IMG/VR virus record: IMGVR_UViG_2700989574_000004
Span: 1 to 64,000 of that record
Strand: one strand, 5' to 3'
DNA: 64,000 nt
Origin: a virus
Taxonomy: Duplodnaviria; Caudoviricetes
Shown: positions 36,838 to 46,132 of the stretch, piece after piece
How positions within the stretch are numbered: position 1 is the first letter of the stretch
How the letters are laid out: every line of letters starts with the position of its first letter
The notes under the pieces: generated by a model
What the model was told of the DNA's origin: nothing
Database searches by the model: none
What the model saw: only the letters and a program-made list of their open reading frames with translations
Program-made: the position numbers and the translations under genes

Positions 36838-38072
36838 CAGCGGGCATCCTTCAGTACGTCGCCGTCACGCATCGCCGCAACCAGCGTCTTTTCATCTACC
36901 GGCATGAAGCGCTGAACAACCAGCCCGCCATCCAGCACCACCTGCCACCATTGCCCCTCATCCAGCTGGCTGAACAGCAACAATTGCGTGTCAGCACGAA
37001 CCGCCACCGTTGAGGACTCTATCACCGTCTGGACGCCAGCCCACTGCGCCTGTGCTGGAAGGGTTCCGGCGCTGGCCTGCGCAGCCAGCTGATGCTCGGC
37101 CAGCCATGCGGTACGCCCTGATGTTCCCAGTGTGGCCATCTCGCCAGTATCCAGCACGCCAGCGGCCAGGATCTCGCCGGAACGACTGCCTTGTGCGGCG
37201 TTGTCCAGCATCTGCTTCAGCTCAGGGCCAGCAAGACCTGCAGCAACATAAGGCCGGGACAGCTCCACATCATATTTATCCAGGTTGGCTTTCCAGACTT
37301 CCCGCCCCGGATTCACGTCAAAGCCCACGTCGGGAAAGAAGGTGACCTGCACGCCATCGGGGCCGCTGAAGCGCACACCGTTAACAGGCGTGAACACCGG
37401 CTGGCCGTTTTCGTCTTCACCGGTCATCACCTGCTGAACCACTTCACTGTCAGTCCGGGAAATGACGTAACCATAATTGATAACTTCCTGTTCCGTTAAT
37501 GCCTCGGCACGACAGCGGCAGTTAAAGCCGTTTGGCGGGAAGATGAATTTCCATATCGGATCGAGATAATGGAAAACGCGGTTATGCAAACGGGCATGAC
37601 TGGGGCGCGTTCTGGCATCCATCACTGCCACATATCGCCAGTACGGACGATTTACCGCATTGGCCAGCATCGACTCATGACGGGCTGACATATAGGCCGC
37701 CTGAGTGTTGGTGCGGTAGATAGTGTTCAGGCGGGCAGGATTACCCATCTGGCGGCGGGTGATTTCGCCGGTCTCCGTATCAATCTTTTCCTCAGTACCC
37801 CACCAACCTTTTTTACGCAGCACCGGCTCCAGGTTCTTCACGAACCACTCCGGTGTCTGCCCGCTGGCCAGACCTTCGCGCAGGCCGTTGACCAGATCCT
37901 GCGCGATATCAAGGCGGGTCAGATTGGCAAAGCCGAAGGAATGGGCGTGGTCTGCTGACAGCATGGCATCGGGATCGGTACGGATACGCAACCCCTTATT
38001 TTCAAGATAACGCAGCGCGGCCTCTGGTTTCATACCAAAGAGCGCACTGATTTCATCCTTTGTGACCGGCAT
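36837..38072 (-). CDS. Minor head protein (Mu gpF-like)
   Basis: LRKKGWWG, RLNTIYRTN, D.RTRPSH, PPNGFNCRC. Confidence 0.9.
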   Translation of the reverse strand: MPVTKDEISALFGMKPEAALRYLENKGLRIRTDPDAMLSADHAHSFGFANLTRLDIAQDLVNGLREGLASGQTPEWFVKNLEPVLRKKGWWGTEEKIDTETGEITRRQMGNPARLNTIYRTNTQAAYMSARHESMLANAVNRPYWRYVAVMDARTRPSHARLHNRVFHYLDPIWKFIFPPNGFNCRCRAEALTEQEVINYGYVISRTDSEVVQQVMTGEDENGQPVFTPVNGVRFSGPDGVQVTFFPDVGFDVNPGREVWKANLDKYDVELSRPYVAAGLAGPELKQMLDNAAQGSRSGEILAAGVLDTGEMATLGTSGRTAWLAEHQLAAQASAGTLPAQAQWAGVQTVIESSTVAVRADTQLLLFSQLDEGQWWQVVLDGGLVVQRFMPVDEKTLVAAMRDGDVLKDAR

Positions 38073-39565
38073 TATTGCCCCTCCTGTTGAGCATACATGG
38101 CAATCAGTCGGGCAATATTCTGCGTATCGCCCAGATTGTTCTGCAGAAGAACCGGGTCCATTCTGGGGAAGGCATCCGCCAGCGCACCCAGCAGGCTCTG
38201 TTCATCCATATCTGCAGATAACGCCGCCAGCGCGGGTTGAAGGATGGCAATAAGACCGTCGGCGGGTTTATCCCCATTTAAAAGGCTTTTTAACGCCTCA
38301 TCAATGCCGTTCTGCACATCGTCAGCCGTGGCCTTCCGGGTCAGGGCCGCAGTGAGGGCCGTGATAATCGCATTCTGATAATGATGCACCGCTGCCGCTG
38401 CAGGTGGCACAACGTCGCGCCCGTCGCGGGCGGTTACATCGCTCTGCACGTCGGGGACATTGAATTTAATACGCGGTGTCCGGCGGGGATCGGCATCAGG
38501 GCGACGGTTCAGAACCAGTAACGGCCAGAACAGGTCGCTGCGCAGTGTCATGGCAACCTGCTTACCGTCGGAAATCAGCAGATCATGGCGCACTTCGTTA
38601 TGCACGTTCCCCAGGGCGTTCGTGGACGTTTTGCCGTCGGCCTGAGTGGTCAGTGTGGCCCCCAGTATGGCCTTTGACATGGATTTTTCCGCCCATTCCG
38701 CCAGCGCCATAAAGGGTTCATGGGAACTGTTGGATGCCTGGTGGAGCGTGATCTCCATTTCTTTCGGAATAATACCGCCTGCGTAACGGCCCAGTTCGGT
38801 GACAGCCCGCATCAGCTCCTGTTTCTCGCTTTTACCGATACCTTCAGGGTATTTACCTATACGTAGCGGGATACCGTAGATCTCCAGCAGTTCAGCCAGG
38901 CTCTGTGTCCCAAAATTGCGACAGATATAGGGCCATGACAGCGTGCGCAGCAGGCCCGCGCGGGCTACATAACCACTGCGGGACTTATGGCGGTGCTGTA
39001 TCCAGCCAAACGGCTGCAGTTCCGCCCCCATGCCATCGTCAGTACGCAGTACCAGCTGATCCTGATTGTCGCGGGCCAGCTCGAACCACGACGCCGGGCG
39101 GTGGTGAAAGGCTTTAGGGAACCATTCGCGGCCGACCAGCTGCCACTCCATCTCAATATTACTGAAGCCCTGGCCGATGGCGTCCAGCATATCGATAAGC
39201 AAATCCTCCCAGCCGTCCTGCTCAGTAATATACTCAGCCAGCCACGTGGCATCGGCGCGTTCGTCCGGGGTGGCATTGGGCGGCGGCACGATTTCATGCC
39301 CGATGGTCAGCAAGGCGCGTTTGCGTTTCTGCATTTCCGCGAACAGGTGCGCGTCGCGCTCTTCCATATCGGTAAACAGGTCAGCCTGTGCCGACAGGTT
39401 CCCCAGCTCGGCCTCATTGAGGATACGCTCCAGGCGCTGCGGAGTCAGTCGCTGGCTGGGATGTTCCGCATAGAGGTTAGACAGAGAGGCAATATGCGAG
39501 GTCTGCGGTTCACGCAACACCTCGCGACGTAAAGGAAGACCATTAACATCTACAATCTGAGCCAT
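38072..39565 (-). CDS. Portal protein (Mu gp29 / DUF935)
   Basis: DMEERDAHL, EIYGIPLRIGKY, SKAILGATLT, ALGNVHNEVR. Confidence 0.92.
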   Translation of the reverse strand: MAQIVDVNGLPLRREVLREPQTSHIASLSNLYAEHPSQRLTPQRLERILNEAELGNLSAQADLFTDMEERDAHLFAEMQKRKRALLTIGHEIVPPPNATPDERADATWLAEYITEQDGWEDLLIDMLDAIGQGFSNIEMEWQLVGREWFPKAFHHRPASWFELARDNQDQLVLRTDDGMGAELQPFGWIQHRHKSRSGYVARAGLLRTLSWPYICRNFGTQSLAELLEIYGIPLRIGKYPEGIGKSEKQELMRAVTELGRYAGGIIPKEMEITLHQASNSSHEPFMALAEWAEKSMSKAILGATLTTQADGKTSTNALGNVHNEVRHDLLISDGKQVAMTLRSDLFWPLLVLNRRPDADPRRTPRIKFNVPDVQSDVTARDGRDVVPPAAAAVHHYQNAIITALTAALTRKATADDVQNGIDEALKSLLNGDKPADGLIAILQPALAALSADMDEQSLLGALADAFPRMDPVLLQNNLGDTQNIARLIAMYAQQEGQ

Positions 39566-39570
39566 ATTTA

Positions 39571-41355
39571 TCACCAAAGGCCACGGCCGCTGAAGTCCGG
39601 CTCGTCATCATCGTCAAAAAATGGATCACCGCCCCGGAAAGCATCCTGACGGCGGGAAATGGGTTCCCAGGAATAGGAGCCAGACCCGCGAGAGACGGCT
39701 ATCATCCAGAGAATATGCAGCGCTGAGAGGCCATCATAATGATGACCGGTTTGCGGTTCCGGCCAGGTCTCCAGCTCCGACAACAGCAGCGTCAGACCCG
39801 GATTAAACAAAATGGACGGGTTCAGGGTGTCATTGATGTAAGGCTCCAGCCCTTCAACACGCACCTCCAGCGGCACACTGGCAGTCAGCCCGACCAGAGG
39901 GAGTGCCACACCCTGACGCAGCGCGTTTTTGATAAACGTCGAGCGGGAGTGCTCATAGGCGTTATTGTTCTCAAAACCGATGGCCAGACAGTTGAACTGG
40001 CGCTGCATCGAGATCAAATCCGCCTCCAGCTTTGACGGTACGCGCCGTTTTATCTCGGCTTCCATCACATGCAGGCGGTTATGCTGTTTGTCCCAGCCGC
40101 CCACCAGAATTGCGGAGGGGTCGCTGGTCTCGCCTTTCCCCATTGACGGATCACAGGCACCAAAAATCAGCCAGTCGCGCCAGCGCTGGGTAAAGAGCTG
40201 GATATTAATAAAGGTGCGATCTTCGTCGGTGCGCGGGTCACCCTGCATTTCGGTGGCAAACGCTTTGCCGTTCTTTGCCCGCTGGCGCATCAGCCAGTAG
40301 AGCGTGCGAACGGCGGGCCATGAGGTCACAGCGCCTTCATCCATCGTTGCCTGATGCGCCTGGTAAAACCGGTATGACGGCAGGTTGTCCTGCGGCAGGT
40401 CAAGTCCCAGCTCCGCTGCCTGCTCTTCGGCGCGTTTATCGTCGTTGAGCATCTTCTCCTGGCACTGCTCCCATAAATCCATATGGAGCGGCAGCGTCAC
40501 GATGGCGCGGAAGTGGTGGACAACGTGTCCGATAGTCTTTTTCGCGCGGCTGATAGGGTCATCTTTATTCAGCACCGTCCCGACGCCCAGGTATTTCACC
40601 GAACCATCAGGCGGGCCCAGGTATTCGATAGCCTTTGAAATCCAGTTCCAGCGGTTCTCACGCTCAGTCGGGGATTTTGCCTCGGCATCGGTAATCAGGT
40701 CATCGCCCAGCAGTAGCTTAGGACGGCTGGCACCGTGGAACGTCCCGCGAATCGCCTGTTCGGCACCAAATGCCTCCACCTTAACGCCTGTCAGCGTGGT
40801 GAACTCGCCGATCTTCCACTGGCCGCTACGGCCGCAGACCTCCGGAAAATCCAGCATCAGCGCGGCATTCATGGTCAGCTCGGTTTTGACGACCTCAAGC
40901 AGCTTTGTCGGCAGTTTTGTTTCAGCGCCCAGCAGGATGATGTAGTCAATAAAAGGCGGACGTTCGCCGGTAAAGCCCAGCGCTTCGCGTACTTCATCAC
41001 GCTGATGCAGTCCCTGCACGGCACACCAGACCGGGCCGACTTTGGTCAACAGGGATGACTTCGCCTCGCCACGCGGGGCAATCCACCATTCCACCGCGCC
41101 GCCCGGACGGGCCAGCAACTGGGGGTAACGGGTGCAGAAGTGCGCATGAAACAGGGACTTTTCGCCCCGGATATGATGCGGGAAGTAGGTATAGGCGAAA
41201 AACTCAAAATCACCGCTCAGAACACGACGGCGGCGCTCCCGGATAGCATCCGGGGAGGTGTCGAGACCGGAACTGTGAGCGCTGATATCGGCTCGCAGCG
41301 CGTGCCGCAGCATCGCCAGCTCTTTTAAAAAGTCGCGTCCGCTTAACTGGCTCAT
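39571..41355 (-). CDS. Terminase large subunit
   Basis: APRGEAKSS (Walker A), LLLGDDL (Walker B), GACDPSMG and HYDGLSA nuclease motifs. Confidence 0.9.
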   Translation of the reverse strand: MSQLSGRDFLKELAMLRHALRADISAHSSGLDTSPDAIRERRRRVLSGDFEFFAYTYFPHHIRGEKSLFHAHFCTRYPQLLARPGGAVEWWIAPRGEAKSSLLTKVGPVWCAVQGLHQRDEVREALGFTGERPPFIDYIILLGAETKLPTKLLEVVKTELTMNAALMLDFPEVCGRSGQWKIGEFTTLTGVKVEAFGAEQAIRGTFHGASRPKLLLGDDLITDAEAKSPTERENRWNWISKAIEYLGPPDGSVKYLGVGTVLNKDDPISRAKKTIGHVVHHFRAIVTLPLHMDLWEQCQEKMLNDDKRAEEQAAELGLDLPQDNLPSYRFYQAHQATMDEGAVTSWPAVRTLYWLMRQRAKNGKAFATEMQGDPRTDEDRTFINIQLFTQRWRDWLIFGACDPSMGKGETSDPSAILVGGWDKQHNRLHVMEAEIKRRVPSKLEADLISMQRQFNCLAIGFENNNAYEHSRSTFIKNALRQGVALPLVGLTASVPLEVRVEGLEPYINDTLNPSILFNPGLTLLLSELETWPEPQTGHHYDGLSALHILWMIAVSRGSGSYSWEPISRRQDAFRGGDPFFDDDDEPDFSGRGLW

Positions 41356-41438
41356 AGTGCCTCATTGCGATTGAGGCTCCGATAAATGCTAAGATCCGTT
41401 TGCCACAACATCTCTTATAACTACCGGAGCCTCAGATT

Positions 41439-41945
41439 ATGGATATTACAGGTTTCACGTCTCTTTTTGATTCGGTCAAAGCCGTCAAAGATGTCGTCAA
41501 AGCTGCCTCAGATATGAAAACCAATGTCGCTATTAACGAAAAAGCGACTGAAATTTACAGCTATCTTAATGACGTCCAGGAAAAGCTAATGGCGCTGCAG
41601 ATAGAGCACATGACGATGGCGCGCCTCAAAGACGATCTCGAACGTCAGGTTGTACAACTTACGGAGTGGAATCAGGATAAACAGCATTATGCGCTGACCA
41701 AACTTCCCTCTGGTGCCCTGGTGTACCAGCTCAAGCCTGCGTATCAGGGTGATGAGCCCGTACATCAACTGTGCCCCAATTGCTATCAAAAACAGGTTAA
41801 GTCGATTATTCAGTTTCATGGATACTCCCAGTGGCATTCGGTCTTAAAATGCCCTAACTGTTCTGCTGAGTTTTTCAATGAACGGCAGGATATGAAATGT
41901 TATTCAGTCGGAAGACGCAGTAGTTTTGATACAGATGATTACTAA
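41439..41945 (+). CDS. Accessory (moron) protein: coiled coil plus Zn ribbon
   Basis: Antisense to the late operon; CPNC...CPNC; GGAG RBS; extended -10 TGCTAAGAT upstream. Confidence 0.75.
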   Translation: MDITGFTSLFDSVKAVKDVVKAASDMKTNVAINEKATEIYSYLNDVQEKLMALQIEHMTMARLKDDLERQVVQLTEWNQDKQHYALTKLPSGALVYQLKPAYQGDEPVHQLCPNCYQKQVKSIIQFHGYSQWHSVLKCPNCSAEFFNERQDMKCYSVGRRSSFDTDDY

Positions 41946-42151
41946 TCATCAGATTCAACACTGGCCATATTTACTTCATCAACCAACTGAGCCAGACGCG
42001 CCCATGCGGTCTGGCCATAACCCTGCTCAGCAAAAACAATGCGCCCGTCATTCAGCAACACTTTGACCTGACGGTTACAGTCAATATGCATATCGTCGAT
42101 GGTAGTGGCTGCTACATAGTGATCGCTTGCGAGCCGAATCATCCTAGCCAT
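41942..42151 (-). CDS. Hypothetical protein
   Basis: 69-aa ORF overlapping the terS-like gene, AGAGGA RBS. Confidence 0.55.
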   Translation of the reverse strand: MARMIRLASDHYVAATTIDDMHIDCNRQVKVLLNDGRIVFAEQGYGQTAWARLAQLVDEVNMASVESDD

Positions 42152-42647
42152 AAATCCTCTCTATCTCTTTTCCGAAGCCTTCCAGCAGATCGCCAAATGC
42201 CTGCAACTGCTGCGGGTGGTTGTCTTTGATGAATGCAGCCAGCAGTTGCAGAACTTCCAGCGCGACGGCAAGGCGGGTCACTTCCGGCATAGCCCGCTTA
42301 CTGCTGGCCACTGCTTTATTAAAGGCATCGGACAGGCTGGCCAGCAGCTTTACGCGCTCGGCGGGCTCAATGGCCACATCGTCATAAGCCAGCTTGTCCA
42401 TCGTGGTTTTGAACTGCACAACCAACCCGGTAAACATGGCCAGCGTCAGCTCCTCGATGCCGCCGCCAGCCAGCAGGCGAGCCCCCCGGAGCGTTTCCCA
42501 GTCATCACCCGCCGCTTTGCTGTCATTCTTCCAGCGCTGCGCCGTTCCGTAAGACACACCACACTGAACGGCCGCCACCTCAAGAGAAAGGCCGTCAAAA
42601 ACATAAGCTCTGCGGACGCGGTCTCGCGTCTCTGGCGGGTATGCCAT
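42144..42647 (-). CDS. DUF1804 protein (terminase small subunit-like)
   Basis: MAYPPETRDRVRRAYV...TAQRWK...GDDWE HTH, upstream of terL. Confidence 0.85.
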   Translation of the reverse strand: MAYPPETRDRVRRAYVFDGLSLEVAAVQCGVSYGTAQRWKNDSKAAGDDWETLRGARLLAGGGIEELTLAMFTGLVVQFKTTMDKLAYDDVAIEPAERVKLLASLSDAFNKAVASSKRAMPEVTRLAVALEVLQLLAAFIKDNHPQQLQAFGDLLEGFGKEIERIYG

Positions 42648-42874
42648 CAGCCAACCCCCAGCTTTGCCTTGATCAACAGAATGGTGGTGTAAACCAGACC
42701 ACCGGAAACACCGCCGGAAATCGCACCGGCGATGGCCCCCTGGCGGATAGCAGATGATTTAACTTCATCCAGATTCCCTTCCATACGGGCAAGACGCTCA
42801 TTAATTTCAGACAGTAACGCCATCTCAGCAGAGGTGACCTGTCCCCGACGGTAACGCGAAGTGCGCCGCGCCAT
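42647..42874 (-). CDS. Small membrane-anchored protein
   Basis: Coiled coil followed by a GAIAGAISGG hydrophobic segment. Confidence 0.65.
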   Translation of the reverse strand: MARRTSRYRRGQVTSAEMALLSEINERLARMEGNLDEVKSSAIRQGAIAGAISGGVSGGLVYTTILLIKAKLGVG

Positions 42875-43125
42875 TAGCTGCTCCTTTTATCCGCCTTGCG
42901 GTCTAGTTTTTGGTCGATGTGTTCCACGCTGCGCTTAACCTCGCGCAGCAGTTCCAGAAGCTGATCGTTGTCGCGTCGGGCATCATCACGGCGCTGGTAT
43001 TCGGTGCGGACGGCCTGCACGGCCGTCCGCAGCTCTTTAATCTCCGCAAACAGGTAGCGAATGAGTCCGCCAAACAGGGTTGAGGTGATGGCGAGGACGA
43101 TATTGAAAGCCACTTCAAAGGTCAT
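42874..43125 (-). CDS. Small membrane protein with a coiled coil (Mu gp25-like position)
   Basis: N-terminal TM segment; EY.RRDD...IDQKLD. Confidence 0.65.
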   Translation of the reverse strand: MTFEVAFNIVLAITSTLFGGLIRYLFAEIKELRTAVQAVRTEYQRRDDARRDNDQLLELLREVKRSVEHIDQKLDRKADKRSS

Positions 43126-43730
43126 TTGCCCTCCCTGTCATACCAGGCACCCAGTTTTATCAGCTGGCTTTCCAGCTTCTGGCACCACGCGCCATAATCG
43201 CTGCTGTGGTTCAGTAAGCCTGCGGGGGAGAGTCCGCCTCCGCTGCCGGAGGTCTTCCCGATACGTCCAGCAGTTCCGCCGGTGGTCGCTTGCAGACGGT
43301 TATCACAGGGGTAACCGAGGGCGCTGTTGTAGAGGCACAGCCCGCGAGGGCCAATACCGGTAAAGCCCACATCACCTTTAACCGCATCGCTAATCGCCTT
43401 TTTGAGTTCATTTTTTTTCTTCTCCAGCTCATCTTTTTTCTGCTGCAGCTCATGGGCCAGCTGGTCGCGCTCGCGCTCAATATCGGCCTGTTTGCGCCAT
43501 GCCTCCGCGAGGGCTGCGGCTTTCTCTTCAGCCTCACGACGACGCAGCTCATTCAGGTCAGTCACTTTGGTGTTAAGCCGGGCGTTTTCCTTCTGAGCGG
43601 CCTGCAGGTTTTCGTCCTTCCGGTGCTCTTCGGCAATGCGGCCAATATTCATCCCCGCAACGGCCGCAGCGGCAATCAGGATGCAGGCCAGCCAGTGTTT
43701 TTTAAGGAACTCAAGAACCAGTATTTTCAT
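43122..43730 (-). CDS. Inner-membrane spanin (Rz-like)
   Basis: N-terminal TM segment, long coiled coil, embedded lipoprotein ORF. Confidence 0.75.
   Translation of the reverse strand: MKILVLEFLKKHWLACILIAAAAVAGMNIGRIAEEHRKDENLQAAQKENARLNTKVTDLNELRRREAEEKAAALAEAWRKQADIERERDQLAHELQQKKDELEKKKNELKKAISDAVKGDVGFTGIGPRGLCLYNSALGYPCDNRLQATTGGTAGRIGKTSGSGGGLSPAGLLNHSSDYGAWCQKLESQLIKLGAWYDREGK
43211..43387 (-). CDS. Outer-membrane spanin (Rz1-like lipoprotein), embedded in the i-spanin gene
   Basis: MRLKVMWALPVLALAGC lipobox followed by a Pro-rich mature domain. Confidence 0.7.
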   Translation of the reverse strand: MRLKVMWALPVLALAGCASTTAPSVTPVITVCKRPPAELLDVSGRPPAAEADSPPQAY

Positions 43731-43974
43731 CCTGCGCCCCTTTATCAGAAGGTTCCCGGACAACACGATCACGCTTGATTGCGTGATATTTCGATGCCTG
43801 CGACTGTGTCACCCAGGCGGTGATGTAGCCGAGAAACAGCCACTCCGTCAGCTGGCCAGTCCAGGCGTACCAGAGCAAAACAGCCGTAGTGGCCACAAAT
43901 GCGGCCATCACGATGGTGTCTGAGGTGGAAAGACGGCCTGATGCGGGATTGGTGATGAGGTCTCTGATCGCCAT
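43711..43974 (-). CDS. Putative holin
   Basis: DLITNPASGRLSTSDT followed by two TM segments; lies between endolysin and spanin. Confidence 0.65.
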   Translation of the reverse strand: MAIRDLITNPASGRLSTSDTIVMAAFVATTAVLLWYAWTGQLTEWLFLGYITAWVTQSQASKYHAIKRDRVVREPSDKGAQDENTGS

Positions 43975-43976
43975 GA

Positions 43977-44510
43977 TTAAACCCGCTTCAGCCAGCCATA
44001 CAGGAAGGCTTCGTTCTGCGGCCGGGATTCCGCCAGCTCCAGATACCGGTGCCCCTGAGTGCAGTTGAGCGCCCGGAGCAGAATTGTCTCCGCATCGCTC
44101 CCGCGTTTTGAAAAGTAGGCTTTCAGAGCGTTGATGGTGCGGGGGCCAATCTGGCCGTCAGCGATCAAATCGGGGTAAAGTTTGCCGCCATCGTTGAGGG
44201 CCGTCAGCCAGCGCTGCAGCCATTTGGCCGGAACTGACGGGCCCATGTTCACGCCGGTATCGCAAAGCTCGGCGGCTATCTCCGGGGAAACGGCCGCCAC
44301 CAGATCGAAGCGCGGGCCGTACCAGTAATCGGATTCATAGATGGCCAGCGCCTGGCTGCGGGTCAGCGCCCGCATATCGCCGGTGTATCCATGCGCCAGG
44401 GCGGTAGCCTGCGTAATGCCGAAATTAGTCGGGCCGCCTTTGTCGGCGGGATGGTTGGTATACCCGCCTTCAGCGTTCAGAATCGACTGAAAAATAGTGT
44501 CTTTGTTCAT
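43977..44510 (-). CDS. Endolysin, glycoside hydrolase family 108 with a peptidoglycan-binding domain
   Basis: EGGYTNHPADKGGPTNFGIT, DTGVNMG, DGQIGPRT, FLYGWLKRV. Confidence 0.92.
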   Translation of the reverse strand: MNKDTIFQSILNAEGGYTNHPADKGGPTNFGITQATALAHGYTGDMRALTRSQALAIYESDYWYGPRFDLVAAVSPEIAAELCDTGVNMGPSVPAKWLQRWLTALNDGGKLYPDLIADGQIGPRTINALKAYFSKRGSDAETILLRALNCTQGHRYLELAESRPQNEAFLYGWLKRV

Positions 44511-44539
44511 GACGTCACCACCGGAAATAAGATGGTGAC

Positions 44540-44584
44540 AGGATGACAAATCAGGGGGATAAGAAAGCGGGGACGGGGTTCGTC
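44540..44584 (-). promoter_or_regulatory. Activator-dependent late promoter (Plys-like)
   Basis: GACGAACCCCGTCCCC - 23 bp - CATCCT upstream of the endolysin gene. Confidence 0.7.
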
Positions 44585-44608
44585 CCCTTAATCAGGGAGG
44601 CAAAACTA

Positions 44609-45058
44609 CTATAACAGATCAAGCTGGCGATACGATACCGGGCGCTCAGAAAGCAACTTTTGCGCCCAGCGGTCTGTTACGCCGTACTTCGGACAAAGCG
44701 TGATGCGGGCAAATCGGGAACTTTCACCGGCGGCCACCAGTTCGTTATGCTCCCGAATAAACTCGCGGTTCCGCCACTCCCGCAGGGCACGGTCACAGCG
44801 GGGAATATACAACGGTTCGCCGCCAAAGTGGTGCTCAATGATCCGGGCGGTCTCCTGACCAACCAGCTCCTTGAGCACTTCACCGCGCCGGTTGCCTTTC
44901 TGGCGGGTTCCGGTTCCCACTTTCCAGGTGATGCCGCCGATGGCGCTGATTAGCGTTTCTGTTTTCGCATAACCAATCAGTGAGATCAACTCAATCACGA
45001 CCTCCGGTAACAGCGCTTCAACCTGGCTTAAATCGGGTTTTATCTCACTGTATTTCAT
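44609..45058 (-). CDS. Mor/C-family transcription activator
   Basis: FGGEPLYIPRC...RNREF...KYGVTDRWAQKLL. Confidence 0.88.
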   Translation of the reverse strand: MKYSEIKPDLSQVEALLPEVVIELISLIGYAKTETLISAIGGITWKVGTGTRQKGNRRGEVLKELVGQETARIIEHHFGGEPLYIPRCDRALREWRNREFIREHNELVAAGESSRFARITLCPKYGVTDRWAQKLLSERPVSYRQLDLL

Positions 45059-45061
45059 GGA

Positions 45062-45478
45062 TCACCCCCTCTGTTTCCGGCGTTTGGCATCAATAATCAG
45101 CGCCTTCATGACCGCAGACAGCTGCTCGACGGTGAGCCACTCCAGAACGTGCTGTTTGAACATATGCGCGGCCATGCCTTCGGCATATTCCCAGGGGCGT
45201 TTGGCCTCTGCCAGCAGCGCCTCGATTTTGGACAAAATCGCTGTTTTGGTCATAGCCACTTTCGGGCGGCGGCCGTGGCGGCGACTGGTACGCGGGAAGC
45301 CCTGTTCGTGCATGTACTCCCTGACTTTCTCCAGCTCGCCAAGGGAACATTTTGTTGCCGACGTTTTACCGTCACAGAGCCGGGCCAGCACGCTGCGATA
45401 GGTGGTATCGTCCCAGCGCAGATAAGACTGGCCGGTCTTGATCACACCGATAAGCGCTCTTGTATTAGGCGTTCTCAT
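45062..45478 (-). CDS. GemA / Mu gp16-family protein
   Basis: DDTTYRSVL...GKTSA...GF...KIEALL...W.YAEG. Confidence 0.85.
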   Translation of the reverse strand: MRTPNTRALIGVIKTGQSYLRWDDTTYRSVLARLCDGKTSATKCSLGELEKVREYMHEQGFPRTSRRHGRRPKVAMTKTAILSKIEALLAEAKRPWEYAEGMAAHMFKQHVLEWLTVEQLSAVMKALIIDAKRRKQRG

Positions 45479-45716
45479 GGGTTCCTCCGTTATTCTCTGA
45501 CGCAGTTTCCGGCTCCAGGCGGTTCACGGATAAACCACCAATCATGCCCTCGATGCGCACAACCAGACGGCCGCTCTTCATATGCCAGGCTTCAGAACGG
45601 GTCGTGACATAACACCAGTCCGGGATACCCGGCACCGGGTAATACTTAAACCGGGTGCCGACAGGAAAACGCTGGTTAAAATTGCTGGCGGTCATATTAC
45701 GCAGGAGATTTTTCAT
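45465..45716 (-). CDS. Small early protein (paralogue of 47637-47825)
   Basis: Coupled ORF; FNQRFPVG...TRSEAW. Confidence 0.7.
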   Translation of the reverse strand: MKNLLRNMTASNFNQRFPVGTRFKYYPVPGIPDWCYVTTRSEAWHMKSGRLVVRIEGMIGGLSVNRLEPETASENNGGTHENA

Positions 45717-45973
45717 TACTTAGCTCCTTTATTACTGGAATACCGCTTTAGATCAAAATTGATAGTTGCTCTGTAATCAGGAAATAAACCGGATTTCTTA
45801 TGGCGGAACACTTGTCCACTCTCTGCCGCCATATTGAAATAACGCTGAACAGCATCACGATTCATTCCTAATATTTCGCAGGCATCACGAACAGTCAGAC
45901 GTCCTCTTTTTCGGGTTTCATCGACAATCTTCTGTATAAAACCCTTCCGCTGTTTCGCCGTAATCATTGCCAT
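45716..45973 (-). CDS. Small winged-helix protein
   Basis: GRLTVRDACEILGMNRDAVQRYF. Confidence 0.65.
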   Translation of the reverse strand: MAMITAKQRKGFIQKIVDETRKRGRLTVRDACEILGMNRDAVQRYFNMAAESGQVFRHKKSGLFPDYRATINFDLKRYSSNKGAK

Positions 45974-45982
45974 AAAGCACCT

Positions 45983-46132
45983 CTATAAAACAAAGTTAAA
46001 AATGGCGATGGATAATGCTGAAATAAGAGTGATGATGATTACAGTCCAGAAACTACGGCGCTCTGCGGAATCTCTGAACTGTGCCGCCTCGGCCATCATT
46101 TTTTGTTTGTCAGCGTCCGGAGGTGAGTTCAT
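45983..46132 (-). CDS. Small membrane protein
   Basis: C-terminal hydrophobic helix; start uncertain. Confidence 0.4.
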   Translation of the reverse strand: MNSPPDADKQKMMAEAAQFRDSAERRSFWTVIIITLISALSIAIFNFVL

